From: an uncultured Rickettsiales bacterium
GTDB taxonomy: Bacteria > Pseudomonadota > Alphaproteobacteria > Rickettsiales > CANDYO01
NCBI GenBank assembly: GCA_964627795.1
Contig: CAZVLF010000003.1
Location: 77,547-141,546, forward strand
Length of the DNA stretch: 64,000 nucleotides
Direction of reading: 5' to 3'
How positions within the stretch are numbered: the stretch's first letter is position 1; each line of letters starts with the position of its first letter. Shown one piece after another: positions 19,030 through 31,176 of the stretch. A model generated the notes under the pieces. It was not told the DNA's origin, ran no database searches, and was given only the letters and a program-made list of their open reading frames with translations. Position numbers and translations under genes: made by a program.

Positions 19030-19926
19030 TTAATAATTTGCAATGTTGCATTTCCTTAGTTTTACTGATTTACCTTGTTGCTCTAATTTAAATTCACTAT
19101 TTAAAAGATTAAATAGTTCTGCATCTGATTTGCTTACATTATTGAAATTAAAATCATATGAAGCAAAATGCTTATATAATGTAGCAAGTGAACCTATGTC
19201 TTCCCACTCAAAATCAATAATAAATGCATTTAGTTTAGAAGTTTTTTGAGATATTGCTTTATCAATAGATAATTTTTGGGGTAATTGTACTGGATAAAAT
19301 TTATGAAATTCTTCTAAGAAAACTTCTGCTTTACCTATATATATACCAAGATTTTTATATGTTTTTTCACCAAGTTCGATGCTACTTTCTGGCTTCTCAA
19401 CAAATTTCTTAACTGTAAAATAACTAGTTTTAATTTGAGAATCTAAAATTGCATAGCCAAATTTATTGGAAATTAAATTTGTTTGTTCCACAAGAATATT
19501 AATTTTATCTTGGTTTAATTTAGTTAAAATACTAGCTAAATCATCATTATTATCAAAAAATATATGATCAGTTGGAAAAAAACTATATAAAGCTTGATCT
19601 AAATTATTGTGTGCTATTTTGCAAATATTGTAGATGGCCATAGCAGTATCAATTTTTTCAGGTTCAAAGTAAGTGATTAATTCATTAGGATTTAAGCCTA
19701 ATTCAGTAATTTGTTCACTTACAACTTTTTGATGAAGAAGATTTGCGGTAATAATAATATTTTGAGAGTTAGTTATCTTAAGACTTCTTATTAATGATAA
19801 TTGGAAAGTTGATAAATCCAATAGAGGAATTTTTAAGAATTGTTTAGCTAGAAAATTATTGCTCAATGGCCATAATCTTTCTCCTTTACCACCAGCAAGC
19901 AATATTATTTTGATATTTTCCTTCAA
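19030..19926 (-). CDS. Sugar-phosphate nucleotidyltransferase (mannose-1-phosphate guanylyltransferase-like, N-terminal domain only)
   Basis: 298 aa. The start is TTG with a GAGGTG RBS. It carries IILLAGGKGERLWPLS, and no C-terminal cupin/isomerase domain is present. Confidence 0.7.
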   Translation of the reverse strand: MKENIKIILLAGGKGERLWPLSNNFLAKQFLKIPLLDLSTFQLSLIRSLKITNSQNIIITANLLHQKVVSEQITELGLNPNELITYFEPEKIDTAMAIYNICKIAHNNLDQALYSFFPTDHIFFDNNDDLASILTKLNQDKINILVEQTNLISNKFGYAILDSQIKTSYFTVKKFVEKPESSIELGEKTYKNLGIYIGKAEVFLEEFHKFYPVQLPQKLSIDKAISQKTSKLNAFIIDFEWEDIGSLATLYKHFASYDFNFNNVSKSDAELFNLLNSEFKLEQQGKSVKLRKCNIANY

Positions 19927-20049
19927 CTAAACACCTCGAAAAATTGAATATTCTAGCGAGTGTATACCAGATGCATTTTTATAAATCAAAATAAAAATTG
20001 GTTTGAATTAAATTTATGGTTATATTTAGTGTTAAATAAGCAAATTTAA

Positions 20050-22122
<2,073 letters not shown>

Positions 22123-22653
22123 TTAAAAAATACTTTTTATTTTAAAGTAACATTTAATATAGAGATTAAGCTTTAAGAGAGTTATTTTGGCTATACTTAT
22201 CGGTAGTTATTATAATATAAATCTATTATCAAAATAAAGGGAAAATAACATTAATGACTAAAGCAAACATATATGCATACAGGATTAAAGTTACCTAACT
22301 ATCTTTATTATTATGATAAAGATAATTACTTTGATTGTGGAGAATAAGTAATAAATAAGCTTAATTTTTAAAAAGATAAGAGTTTTATTTGCTGCAAGTT
22401 ATTATTTCTTTTCTAACTTTAAATATAATATTAGAAAGCTTACAGCAAATAATATACTTATGGCTTAATAGTTACCATTCTTATTTAATGTTTTAAAACA
22501 AGGCAAAACTTGCTCCTTTTGCTTTGAATAATCAATTATTAAGATGTATTGTTAAACGGTTAAGAGAATAAAATCCAATTTTATCTAGACAAATTGCTAT
22601 CCCTAATTATTATAATATTTAAAAAATCATATAGGATTAATTGATTGGCGAAT

Positions 22654-23475
22654 ATGAACACAGTTGTTATTACTACTTTTTATCATTTTATTAACTTACC
22701 AAATTTTGAAGAGTTAAAATTTCCTTTGCTAGAATTTTGTAACCAAAATGATTTAAAAGGGACTATTTTACTTGCAAGAGAAGGTATTAATTCTACTATT
22801 TCTGGTCCAAGAGAAGGGATCAATAACCTTTATATTTATTTAAAAGATGTAATTGGAATAAAAAATTTAGTTTACAAAGAAAGCTTTAATAATGAAAAGC
22901 CATTTAAAAAAATGAAGGTTAGCCTTAAAAAGGAATTGGTTGCATTAGGCATGCCTGATTTAGATGTAGAAAATTTAAAAGGTGATTATATAAATCCTAA
23001 ACACTGGGATGATTTTATTTCTCAAAATGATGTTATTGTAATTGATACAAGAAATAAATATGAGACTTTGCTTGGCACTTTTAAAAAAGCTATTGATCCT
23101 TGTACCAATAATTTTAGGCAGTTTCCTAAGTGGTTTGAGAAAGAATTTGCTGAAGCTGATAAAGATCAAAAAATTGCAATGTTTTGCACTGGAGGTGTAC
23201 GTTGTGAGAAATCTACAGCTTATTTAAAAAGTCTTGGTTTTAAAAATGTTTATCATTTAGAGGGAGGTATACTTAAATATTTTGAGGATACTGAAGCTAA
23301 GGCTTGGGAGGGAAGTTGTTTTGTTTTTGATGAAAGAGTTGCTCTTGATAAAGATCTTAAAACAGATACTAACTTACATTGCGGTTCTTGTAATAAGAAC
23401 CTTGGTACGGACGATCTTAGAAGATCTGCTCTTGCTCATGAAATGATTTGTATAGAGTGTGTAAAAAATGGATAA
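22654..23475 (+). CDS. trhO: Rhodanese-domain tRNA uridine(34) hydroxylase (UPF0176/TrhO)
   Basis: I prefer the ATG at 22654 over the TTG at 22645. FYHF..., the rhodanese loop CTGGVRCEK and a C-terminal Cys cluster are present. Confidence 0.8.
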   Translation: MNTVVITTFYHFINLPNFEELKFPLLEFCNQNDLKGTILLAREGINSTISGPREGINNLYIYLKDVIGIKNLVYKESFNNEKPFKKMKVSLKKELVALGMPDLDVENLKGDYINPKHWDDFISQNDVIVIDTRNKYETLLGTFKKAIDPCTNNFRQFPKWFEKEFAEADKDQKIAMFCTGGVRCEKSTAYLKSLGFKNVYHLEGGILKYFEDTEAKAWEGSCFVFDERVALDKDLKTDTNLHCGSCNKNLGTDDLRRSALAHEMICIECVKNG

Positions 23476-24292
23476 AGCTCACATTATTGTTATAGGTAAT
23501 GAAAAAGGTGGCGCAGGTAAAACCACAACTTCCATGCACCTAATTACAAGCCTTCTACATTTAGGATTTAAAGTTTCTTCAATAGATGTTGATTGTAGAC
23601 AAAAGTCTCTTTCACGCTACCTTGAAAATAGAAATAATTATGCTTTAAAGCATGGTCTTGACTTGCATAAACCTAATCATTTTCCTTTTGATGAAACGGT
23701 AGATTCTAGTGCAGATATTGCTAAATTATCTGACTTAATTGAGAGCCAAATGGAAGTATGTGATTTTATACTCATTGATACTCCCGGAAATAATACGGCT
23801 ATTTCAAGTTTTGCTCATTCTAAAGCAGATAGTATTATAACCCCTATAAATGATAGCTTTCTTGATCTTGATGTTATTGCTCAAATTGAAGCGGATACCC
23901 TTAAAATTATTCGACCAAGTTTCTATGCGCAGGCAATTTGGGAGCAAAAAATGAATAAAGCAAAGAGAGATAAGGGTGAAATAAATTGGTTAGTTATTAG
24001 AAATAGAATGAGCTCCGTTGATGCTAGAAACAAACAAAAAATGACGGAAGTTTTATCAAAATTATCAGTAAGATTAGGGTTTAGAGTAGCTGTTGGGTTT
24101 AATGAAAGAGTTATTTATCGAGAATTATTCCTTCATGGATTGACTTTGCTTGATATAAAGCCAGGAGTTGGTGAAATTACTCTTAATTTATCTCATATTA
24201 CTGCTAAGCAGGAACTAAATAACCTTCTTAGAAATCTTAATTTAGAAAAGTTAAATACAGCCTTAGCAAGGCTTGAAGGAATTAATAGTTAA
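23468..24292 (+). CDS. mipZ: ParA-like ATPase, MipZ family (division-plane positioning)
   Basis: 274 aa. HIIVIGNEKGGAGKTTTSMHL...IDVDCRQKSLSRYLENR closely follows the Caulobacter MipZ N-terminus. The start overlaps the trhO stop by 8 nt. Confidence 0.75.
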   Translation: MDKAHIIVIGNEKGGAGKTTTSMHLITSLLHLGFKVSSIDVDCRQKSLSRYLENRNNYALKHGLDLHKPNHFPFDETVDSSADIAKLSDLIESQMEVCDFILIDTPGNNTAISSFAHSKADSIITPINDSFLDLDVIAQIEADTLKIIRPSFYAQAIWEQKMNKAKRDKGEINWLVIRNRMSSVDARNKQKMTEVLSKLSVRLGFRVAVGFNERVIYRELFLHGLTLLDIKPGVGEITLNLSHITAKQELNNLLRNLNLEKLNTALARLEGINS

Positions 24293-24319
24293 AAGCTGCA
24301 ATAAAGGAGAATAAGCGCC

Positions 24320-25555
24320 ATGGAAAAAACAAAAAAAAACAGTTTGTTGTTTGTTTTGGGAGCAGCCTTTGAATATTATGATTTTATAATTTATGGCTTG
24401 ATGAGCAATTATATTGCGGCTTTATTTTTTCCTAATGATGCTCCTTTGGTGGGGCAGCTAAAAGCTTTTTCAATTTTTGCTCTTGGTTATGTTGCAAGAC
24501 CTGCTGGAGCATTAATTTGGGGAGCAATAGGCGATGTAAAAGGAAGAAGAGAAGCTTTTATTAAAAGTAATATTTTTCTTGGTTTAACCATGATAGGCAT
24601 AAGCATTCTTCCTGATTATTCACAATTAGGTGTATTTGCAACTATTCTACTTATTATTTTAAGAGTTGTTCAGGCCGTAAGCTTTGCAGCTGAAATTCCA
24701 GGTGCTTCCATTTTACTTAAAGAACAGGGGCAAAATTATTTTAAAAGATTTAGTTTTGTTATATCAGGTTCAGCTCTTGGTGCAATTTTAGCAAGCTCTT
24801 TCATGTATATACTTGAAAATAATTTTACTAATGAGCAAATTTTAAATTACGCATGGAGATTACCTTTTATATTTGGGACTATTCTTTTTATTATTGGGAT
24901 TTACATGAGAAAAAATATTTCTTTTGTAAAAGAAGATAATGCAGAGAACAAGACTAAGTTATTTACCATGGTTTTTTCTCAAGTTAATCAAGTTATTCCT
25001 TTAGTTTTAATTATTGCTGTGCCTGCTTATTTAATTGTTATGAACGTGTTTTTCACTGGCTATATTCCTAACTTTTATGGTTATAAGTCTACCCAGGTAT
25101 TTTCTGCCATGACTATATCATTAATGTGGTCAGCTATTTTCGCGCCTACTTGTAGTTATATATTTGATCTTAAGAATTTGACTACAGAAAAAATATTAGG
25201 TTATGTTCGATCTATTATTTTTGCTGCAATGATATTAGGATTTGTAATAAATTTTCTTCTTCTAAGAGGAGAAAACTGGCATCTTGTTACAGCATTATGT
25301 TTATATCAATCAATTAATACAAGTTTAATGGTGTTGATTTTTCCGCTAATGAATGAGGTTTTTCCTAAACAAGCAAGATTTACCTTAGTTGCCTTTACCT
25401 ATAATATCACTTATTTATTAATTTCCTTTGTTCCAGTTTTTGTAGGGAAAATATCTGGATCTCTTAAAAGCCCACTTCCTGCTTGGCTGGTTTTATTGGT
25501 GATTTGCCTATTTGCTTTATCAAATATGAATCGCTTACTTGAAGAAAAAGATTAA
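24320..25555 (+). CDS. MFS transporter, metabolite:H+ symporter (ProP-like) family
   Basis: 411 aa with about 12 TM helices. It has an FEYYDFIIYG N-terminal motif and GAIGDVKGRR in loop 2-3. Confidence 0.8.
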   Translation: MEKTKKNSLLFVLGAAFEYYDFIIYGLMSNYIAALFFPNDAPLVGQLKAFSIFALGYVARPAGALIWGAIGDVKGRREAFIKSNIFLGLTMIGISILPDYSQLGVFATILLIILRVVQAVSFAAEIPGASILLKEQGQNYFKRFSFVISGSALGAILASSFMYILENNFTNEQILNYAWRLPFIFGTILFIIGIYMRKNISFVKEDNAENKTKLFTMVFSQVNQVIPLVLIIAVPAYLIVMNVFFTGYIPNFYGYKSTQVFSAMTISLMWSAIFAPTCSYIFDLKNLTTEKILGYVRSIIFAAMILGFVINFLLLRGENWHLVTALCLYQSINTSLMVLIFPLMNEVFPKQARFTLVAFTYNITYLLISFVPVFVGKISGSLKSPLPAWLVLLVICLFALSNMNRLLEEKD

Positions 25556-25624
25556 TATTATTTGACTATTAATATTATTTTTGTTAAGTTGCCGCGTAAA
25601 ACTGCGACTCAGTGAGACAATAAA

Positions 25625-27217
25625 TTGAATAAAAAAGATAAGGCTATAATCAAGCAACATATATTATACCTAAAGTCAGAATTGGAGCTATATAGTTTAA
25701 AAAGCATAATGGGAATCTTTTTTTTAAAAGAGATAGGTTATTGTTACTATCTTTTAATGAATTATGATGTTGCTATGACTTATCTTTATACAGCTGAATC
25801 TAATCTAAAACAATACATGGTTGAAAATAATTTAACTAAGAGAGATTTTTTAGAATTTGTTATAGATATTAAAGAAAAAATTGCAGAAGCACTTTTAGAT
25901 GAAGGTATAGAGTTTGAAAAGGCAAGAGAATATTATGATGAAACTCTGTTGTATAAAAAAAGAATATTATCACTGGGAAAACTAGATGAAAAAAATAAGA
26001 TAGATAAAGATTTAAATAGTGATGAAAGAAAGCGGGTAGAAGAAAATTTAAATCACATTGAAACTGCTCAAATAAGAAGATTTGCGCCAATAGATAATTA
26101 CAATGGTTATCTTTCTTTTACACCATGGTTATTAAATGCTTTGCCTTTTTTAAGTATAAATTTTTTTAAGCCAGTTTTATCAATTAAAAATAATACAAAA
26201 TCTAATAATAGTAGTTGGAAGATTTTCTCCTTAAATAAGGTTACTTCATTATTAAGTTCTTGGTGTGTTTTTTTTTCTTTTGGAAAAACCTTAATTACTA
26301 CTAAGAGTAAAAATGTAAAAAAGAAGAAAAAAAAGAAAAGCTCCATTCAGGTGGTTACTATAAATCAGGCCCTAGAAGAAAAGATATTAAACCAAGAAAA
26401 TCCTTCAATAAAAAATAATTTCTACCAAAATAGCTTTAAAGTAGCATGTTTTGGATTCTCTAATTTTGTTCATAATTATTATAATATTAAATATTTTTTT
26501 AGTGAAATAGTGCCAATAGGAGAGTTAATTCCTGCGTCATTTAAAAATAGTTCTTTAGTATCTTGGACTTCTAATAGTTTAATGTGGCCATTGATTAAAA
26601 CTACTATGTATCACGTTTCACTTATGAATGCTTTTGATATAAAAGATATGTCTCCTGACTATATTAACCTAACTAAAAGATCTACTAAATTCCTTGCTAC
26701 TGAATTTATAAATAGTTTATTGCATTACGTTCTAGATGCTATAGCTATAAGAAACTTTAAAGCTATGAAATGCACTGCTATAGCAGCAAATAATTATCTT
26801 TATAGAAGAACAATAGATGATAATGACTTGTCTTATTTAGTTAACAAGCCTGTAAAAGTATTTAATGACGGTTATTATGGATCTCAAATGGTTTTTGAAA
26901 CTTTAAGTTGCCTAAATTTAAATGGATTGATTAAGAGTAAGAACATTAACTCTAACTATCTCAAGAAGATTCCTTATGTTATAGATGGAGCTATAGCAGG
27001 AATCACTATATTTTCATTTTATAAATTAAATAATGATTTTAATATAGATGCAAATTCTCCAATTGGAAAATTTATTTATACTAGTGAGGCATTTTTTACT
27101 ATAAATGCTGTTGTAGTTGCTGATTATATATCAAAATTAGTTATTACTAATATAGAAACTTTAGCTTATTATTCTGGAATAATAAGTAATCATTCAATCA
27201 GTGATGAAAATATTTAA
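25625..27217 (+). CDS. Hypothetical protein (helical N-terminus, hydrophobic segments, poly-Lys tract)
   Basis: 530 aa with a TTG start and no recognisable family. It contains KNVKKKKKKKSS, encoded by an A-rich run at about 26315-26340. Confidence 0.5.
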   Translation: MNKKDKAIIKQHILYLKSELELYSLKSIMGIFFLKEIGYCYYLLMNYDVAMTYLYTAESNLKQYMVENNLTKRDFLEFVIDIKEKIAEALLDEGIEFEKAREYYDETLLYKKRILSLGKLDEKNKIDKDLNSDERKRVEENLNHIETAQIRRFAPIDNYNGYLSFTPWLLNALPFLSINFFKPVLSIKNNTKSNNSSWKIFSLNKVTSLLSSWCVFFSFGKTLITTKSKNVKKKKKKKSSIQVVTINQALEEKILNQENPSIKNNFYQNSFKVACFGFSNFVHNYYNIKYFFSEIVPIGELIPASFKNSSLVSWTSNSLMWPLIKTTMYHVSLMNAFDIKDMSPDYINLTKRSTKFLATEFINSLLHYVLDAIAIRNFKAMKCTAIAANNYLYRRTIDDNDLSYLVNKPVKVFNDGYYGSQMVFETLSCLNLNGLIKSKNINSNYLKKIPYVIDGAIAGITIFSFYKLNNDFNIDANSPIGKFIYTSEAFFTINAVVVADYISKLVITNIETLAYYSGIISNHSISDENI

Positions 27218-27917
27218 TCTGTTCTTTAAATAATTCATATGCTTTTAAATCTCCAATATGATACCATTTACCGTGATATTGGCAGCCGAAAATTTTTTGT
27301 TCTTTGATTAAGTCATTAAGAATAGTGGGAGAAAGTTCAATTTTTTCTTCATCATAATTATCAAAGAGACGGTAATCTGTTATATACATACCTGGATTAA
27401 TATATTCACGCTTAGGATTATTTTGGTTTATATGGCCTTCTTTATCCATGTCGAAATCACCATTAGCAAGCCAATATCCAAAGGAATTATCCCTTTTGGT
27501 AAGTAGCATTAAAATTTTCATTTTTTCGGGATGCCAATGTTTTTCTAATAGTTTAAAAGCTGGTTTCTCGTCAATAAATATTGAATCATTATTTATTACA
27601 AAAAATGGTTGTGAGCCTAAAAACTTTAATGCTTTTTTTATTCCTCCAGCAGTTCCAAGTAATTCTTTTTCTCGAGAAAAATAAATTTCAAATTTATTTG
27701 AAATAGGAAGAGAAAGGATAAATCTTTCTAATTTTTCAGCCATATAAAAAGTATTTATCACTAATTTATGAATATTATTTTGATCTAGATAACGTAAATG
27801 TCTTTCAATTAAAGTAATTCCTGCAACCTCAACCATAGGTTTAGGGCGATCTTTAGTTAAATAAGACATACGGCTGCCAAGACCAGCAGCCAATATCATT
27901 GCCTGTTTAATTATCAT
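27198..27917 (-). CDS. murU: Nucleotidyltransferase, MurU-like (N-acetylmuramate-1-phosphate uridylyltransferase)
   Basis: 239 aa with AMILAAGLGSRM. It is the last gene of the conserved alphaproteobacterial tsaE-amgK-murU trio. Confidence 0.7.
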   Translation of the reverse strand: MIIKQAMILAAGLGSRMSYLTKDRPKPMVEVAGITLIERHLRYLDQNNIHKLVINTFYMAEKLERFILSLPISNKFEIYFSREKELLGTAGGIKKALKFLGSQPFFVINNDSIFIDEKPAFKLLEKHWHPEKMKILMLLTKRDNSFGYWLANGDFDMDKEGHINQNNPKREYINPGMYITDYRLFDNYDEEKIELSPTILNDLIKEQKIFGCQYHGKWYHIGDLKAYELFKEQIKYFHH

Positions 27918-27921
27918 GTTT

Positions 27922-28914
27922 TTAGTATTTCATTTGCAATGGAACTACTTTATTAAGCCATTTTTTTATTGGCATTAACATTGGATGTTTAACTCCATTA
28001 TTAATATGTCGCCATACTCTTGGTAATAAAGTTAAATAATAATTATTCTTATGTAGAGTTGCAAGCCTTGCAAAAACTCCAACAATTTTCAAATTTCTAT
28101 GAAGTGCTAAAATAGCATAAGCCATATTAAATTCTTTTTTAGGAATTAAAGGGAAGGCCTTTAAGTATCTATTTTTCATCTTTTCAGCAAGCTCAGGGCT
28201 TACATCTCTTCTAGCATCCTCAAGAAGAGACACTAGATCATATAAAGGAGAGCCAATTACTGCATCTTGAAAGTCAAGTATACCAACTTTTTTAATATCT
28301 TGTCTATCAGGTAACCACATTAAATTATCTGCATGATAGTCTCTTAATACAACTACTTTAGAAAAGGCATCAGCAAGAGTGAGTAAATGCTTGAATATTA
28401 CTATATATTCTTCTAATGTTTCTTTTCTAACCACGTCATTATTTAATATTTCAATATAATATTGAACAAAGATTTTTGCTTCTTTTATGAGTTTTGTTTC
28501 ATCGTAAGCTTCAAAAGCTAAAGATTTGGTAGGAATTTTATGAAGCTCAATTAGAACATCTATTGCTTTTTCATACATTTGTTCTTCTAACTCAGTTGAT
28601 TTTTGAGGTTGAGATAAAATTTTTGTATATAAATTATCTCCAAAATCTTCTAATAAAAGAAATCCATTTTCAGTATCTTGCTCATAAACTAAAGGAGCAG
28701 AAAAATTATTTGATGTAAGAAAATTAGCTACTTTTAAATAACTTTTAGCACATTCCTTTTCAGGAGGAGCATCCATCAATATTAAAGTGGATTTATCTTC
28801 TTTAATAATTCTTTCATATAGGCGATGAGAGGCGTCCTTCTTTAGCAATGATTTTTCAAAATTTCCAAGATTACATTTTGTTAAAAATTGTTCTTTTAAA
28901 GTCTCTCTACCCAT
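27922..28914 (-). CDS. amgK: Aminoglycoside-phosphotransferase-fold kinase, AmgK-like (anomeric MurNAc/GlcNAc kinase)
   Basis: 330 aa with the APH catalytic loop RDYHADNLMW and ILDFQDA. The gene context also supports the call. Confidence 0.7.
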   Translation of the reverse strand: MGRETLKEQFLTKCNLGNFEKSLLKKDASHRLYERIIKEDKSTLILMDAPPEKECAKSYLKVANFLTSNNFSAPLVYEQDTENGFLLLEDFGDNLYTKILSQPQKSTELEEQMYEKAIDVLIELHKIPTKSLAFEAYDETKLIKEAKIFVQYYIEILNNDVVRKETLEEYIVIFKHLLTLADAFSKVVVLRDYHADNLMWLPDRQDIKKVGILDFQDAVIGSPLYDLVSLLEDARRDVSPELAEKMKNRYLKAFPLIPKKEFNMAYAILALHRNLKIVGVFARLATLHKNNYYLTLLPRVWRHINNGVKHPMLMPIKKWLNKVVPLQMKY

Positions 28915-29363
28915 TCGTAATGTCCCTCTAGCTTTATATTTCTACTATTATCTTTACTTATAAAATCTATAGTAATATCAAGTTTGTTCTTTGGCAAGAT
29001 ATCATTGATTATTTGTGGCCATTCAATCAAACATATTGCTACTCCGTAAGCATCTTCAATCCCTAGTTCAAATATTTCTTCTTTATCTTTAAGCCTATAT
29101 AAGTCAAAGTGCCAAATTTTACATTTTAGTGAATCATATATATGAACTAAATTAAAAGTGGGGCTTGTAACTTCTACATCAACAATGTTTAGAGCCTGAA
29201 CTATTGACTTAATTAAAGTTGTTTTTCCTGCACCTAAATTACCTATAAAAGTGATTATATCGCCTGGTTTTAAATGGTTAGCTAGTTTTTTTGCAAAATG
29301 CTCAAGATCTTCAAGTGAATTTATAAGAAAATTCTTAGTTTTCATTGCTAAACTCTGTTTCAT
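28896..29363 (-). CDS. tsaE: tRNA t6A37 biosynthesis ATPase TsaE
   Basis: About 150 aa with the P-loop GNLGAGKTTLIKS and SPTFNLVH..., HFDLYRL. The true start may be the ATG at 29345. Confidence 0.85.
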   Translation of the reverse strand: MKQSLAMKTKNFLINSLEDLEHFAKKLANHLKPGDIITFIGNLGAGKTTLIKSIVQALNIVDVEVTSPTFNLVHIYDSLKCKIWHFDLYRLKDKEEIFELGIEDAYGVAICLIEWPQIINDILPKNKLDITIDFISKDNSRNIKLEGHYEWVERL

Positions 29364-30462
29364 ATAAAGCTGCTAGAGTGGATAACCTGGCAATGAAGTG
29401 ACAGCAGATTTTATATTTATGTTCAATTTTAGCGTTGTTAATGATTTTCATCCCTACTGAATTTAAGTTGCTATATTTATCTTTTTCTAAATGAGTTCGA
29501 TAAAAGAATGAAACAATTTCATTATTGATTAAGTAAAGAAGTGGTTCAGCTGTTTCACCATTTATAATTTCAATTGTTTTTACACCTTCTTGTAATATTA
29601 CTTGCTGGTTTATTACATTTCCTTTTGTAATGTGCATTTGCTTACGCATTTTTTTATTTATATTCTCAATTTCTTCTATTGACCTTATAGCTGTAACTCC
29701 CATTCCATATGTGCCATAGTCAGATTTAATTACAATAAATGGATCTTCTTGATTATTTAAATTTTCAAATAAATTTTGAGTTTTGCTTAGTAAATCTTCA
29801 AGTCCAATTTTTTCCTTAAAATTTATATTTTTACATACTTCAAATTTAGTTGTTATTAATTCATGAGGAAAGTTAAATTCTCTTTCAAATTCTTGAGCTA
29901 AAGAATTATAAACTGCAAAATGATTGGATTTTCTTCGCTTAAACCATCCATTAAGAGGATTAGGTATTATTGGTTGCTTGATATTTTCTAAAGCTAAAGG
30001 AAAACCTGCCATTAAATCATTATTAAGAAAGATAAGATCAGCTTCTATTGAGTTATTTAAGCTATCAAGACTTAAGGTTTGGCATTTGATATTAGATGAT
30101 TCAATTATTCTACTTATAATTGAAATATTTTCTTGGTAATTTTCATTCCTAGTATGATTTTCTCCTACAAGCAGAATTTTTTTAGCCTTTGGATAATAAG
30201 TCTTAATGTAATTAGCAAATATATTTTTAGCTAAATTAAATTGTTCTTCATTTAAATTATTAAAGCCAGCAGGAAATAAATTAGTGTCAATAGGAGCTAG
30301 TTTGTTACCAGAAAAACGTATATCAACTGATGAATAAGGAAGCATAATTCTGTTACCAATTTTATCCTTAAACCATTGATTAATTTTTTGCGATTCTGCT
30401 GAAACTATATTATATAGAAAATCTAACATGCAACCTTCATTATTTTTGGGATAAATTAGCAT
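29335..30462 (-). CDS. Possible glutamate-cysteine ligase of the GshA (T. ferrooxidans-type) family; ATP-grasp-like
   Basis: 375 aa. SVDIRFSGNKLAPIDTNLFPAGFNNL resembles, from memory, the N-terminal signature of the PF08886/TIGR02049 family. This was not verified. Confidence 0.4.
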   Translation of the reverse strand: MLIYPKNNEGCMLDFLYNIVSAESQKINQWFKDKIGNRIMLPYSSVDIRFSGNKLAPIDTNLFPAGFNNLNEEQFNLAKNIFANYIKTYYPKAKKILLVGENHTRNENYQENISIISRIIESSNIKCQTLSLDSLNNSIEADLIFLNNDLMAGFPLALENIKQPIIPNPLNGWFKRRKSNHFAVYNSLAQEFEREFNFPHELITTKFEVCKNINFKEKIGLEDLLSKTQNLFENLNNQEDPFIVIKSDYGTYGMGVTAIRSIEEIENINKKMRKQMHITKGNVINQQVILQEGVKTIEIINGETAEPLLYLINNEIVSFFYRTHLEKDKYSNLNSVGMKIINNAKIEHKYKICCHFIARLSTLAALYETEFSNEN

Positions 30463-30605
30463 AAAATATTAATTTAAGCTAATATCTTTTTTAAGTTTAT
30501 TATAAGCAATTTAATTTAAATTAAAAAAATTAGAATTAGCTTGTTAATCTTTTATTAATTTATAGAGGGTAAACTATCTATTAGTTTTAAAGGGAGTGAT
30601 AAAAT

Positions 30606-31160
30606 ATGGCTAATAAAAAAAATGAATCCTCACACAATCAACAATATTATCATAATCAGATGATGGATCTTAGAGAGATTCAACAAAAAGCTTCAGAAGA
30701 GAAAAAATCTAAAGAATCTTCTTTATATAAAGTTTTTACAGAAGCTGCACAATCTGCAACAGAAATGATGGGCTCTATGGCTGAAGCTTATAAAGAGGCT
30801 ACCACAAAAAAATCATCTATGCAGGGATCAGAAATTCAAGATATTTATCAAGAAAAAATACTAGAATCAAGAGTAGTGCGTGATGAAATCATAAGAATGG
30901 ATAAAATTTATCCTGAGAAAACTCAAGAAACTTCTGGAATTAATACTTATAGGCAAGAGTTAAAGAAAAAAGAAACAAAGGCAAAGGAAACAAAGAGAAT
31001 TAGCTTTGATGATATTTATCCGGATAAAAGTAATGAAGTTCTTTCAGAATCACCAAAATCTGTTTCAACTATAAATTTTTTTGAAGAAGCAAGCTCAAAA
31101 AGAATAAATATCAATGCTACACCAATAATGAAAGAAGGGGATAAAGGACAAACAAGATAA
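30606..31160 (+). CDS. Lys/Glu-rich low-complexity protein with three (D/K)-I-Y-(P/Q)-(E/D)-K motifs
   Basis: 184 aa with a GGGAG RBS. The motifs are IQDIYQEK, MDKIYPEK and FDDIYPDK. There are no TM helices or signal peptide. Confidence 0.6.
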   Translation: MANKKNESSHNQQYYHNQMMDLREIQQKASEEKKSKESSLYKVFTEAAQSATEMMGSMAEAYKEATTKKSSMQGSEIQDIYQEKILESRVVRDEIIRMDKIYPEKTQETSGINTYRQELKKKETKAKETKRISFDDIYPDKSNEVLSESPKSVSTINFFEEASSKRININATPIMKEGDKGQTR

Positions 31161-31176
31161 TATAAAGGAGTTTATT

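Noticed and set aside
24320-24345. A-runs at the 5' end of the MFS gene (ATGGAAAAAACAAAAAAAAAC) as a phase-variation switch
   Set aside because: Such runs are common in this AT-rich genome, and the ORF is intact. There is no evidence of variability from a single sequence.
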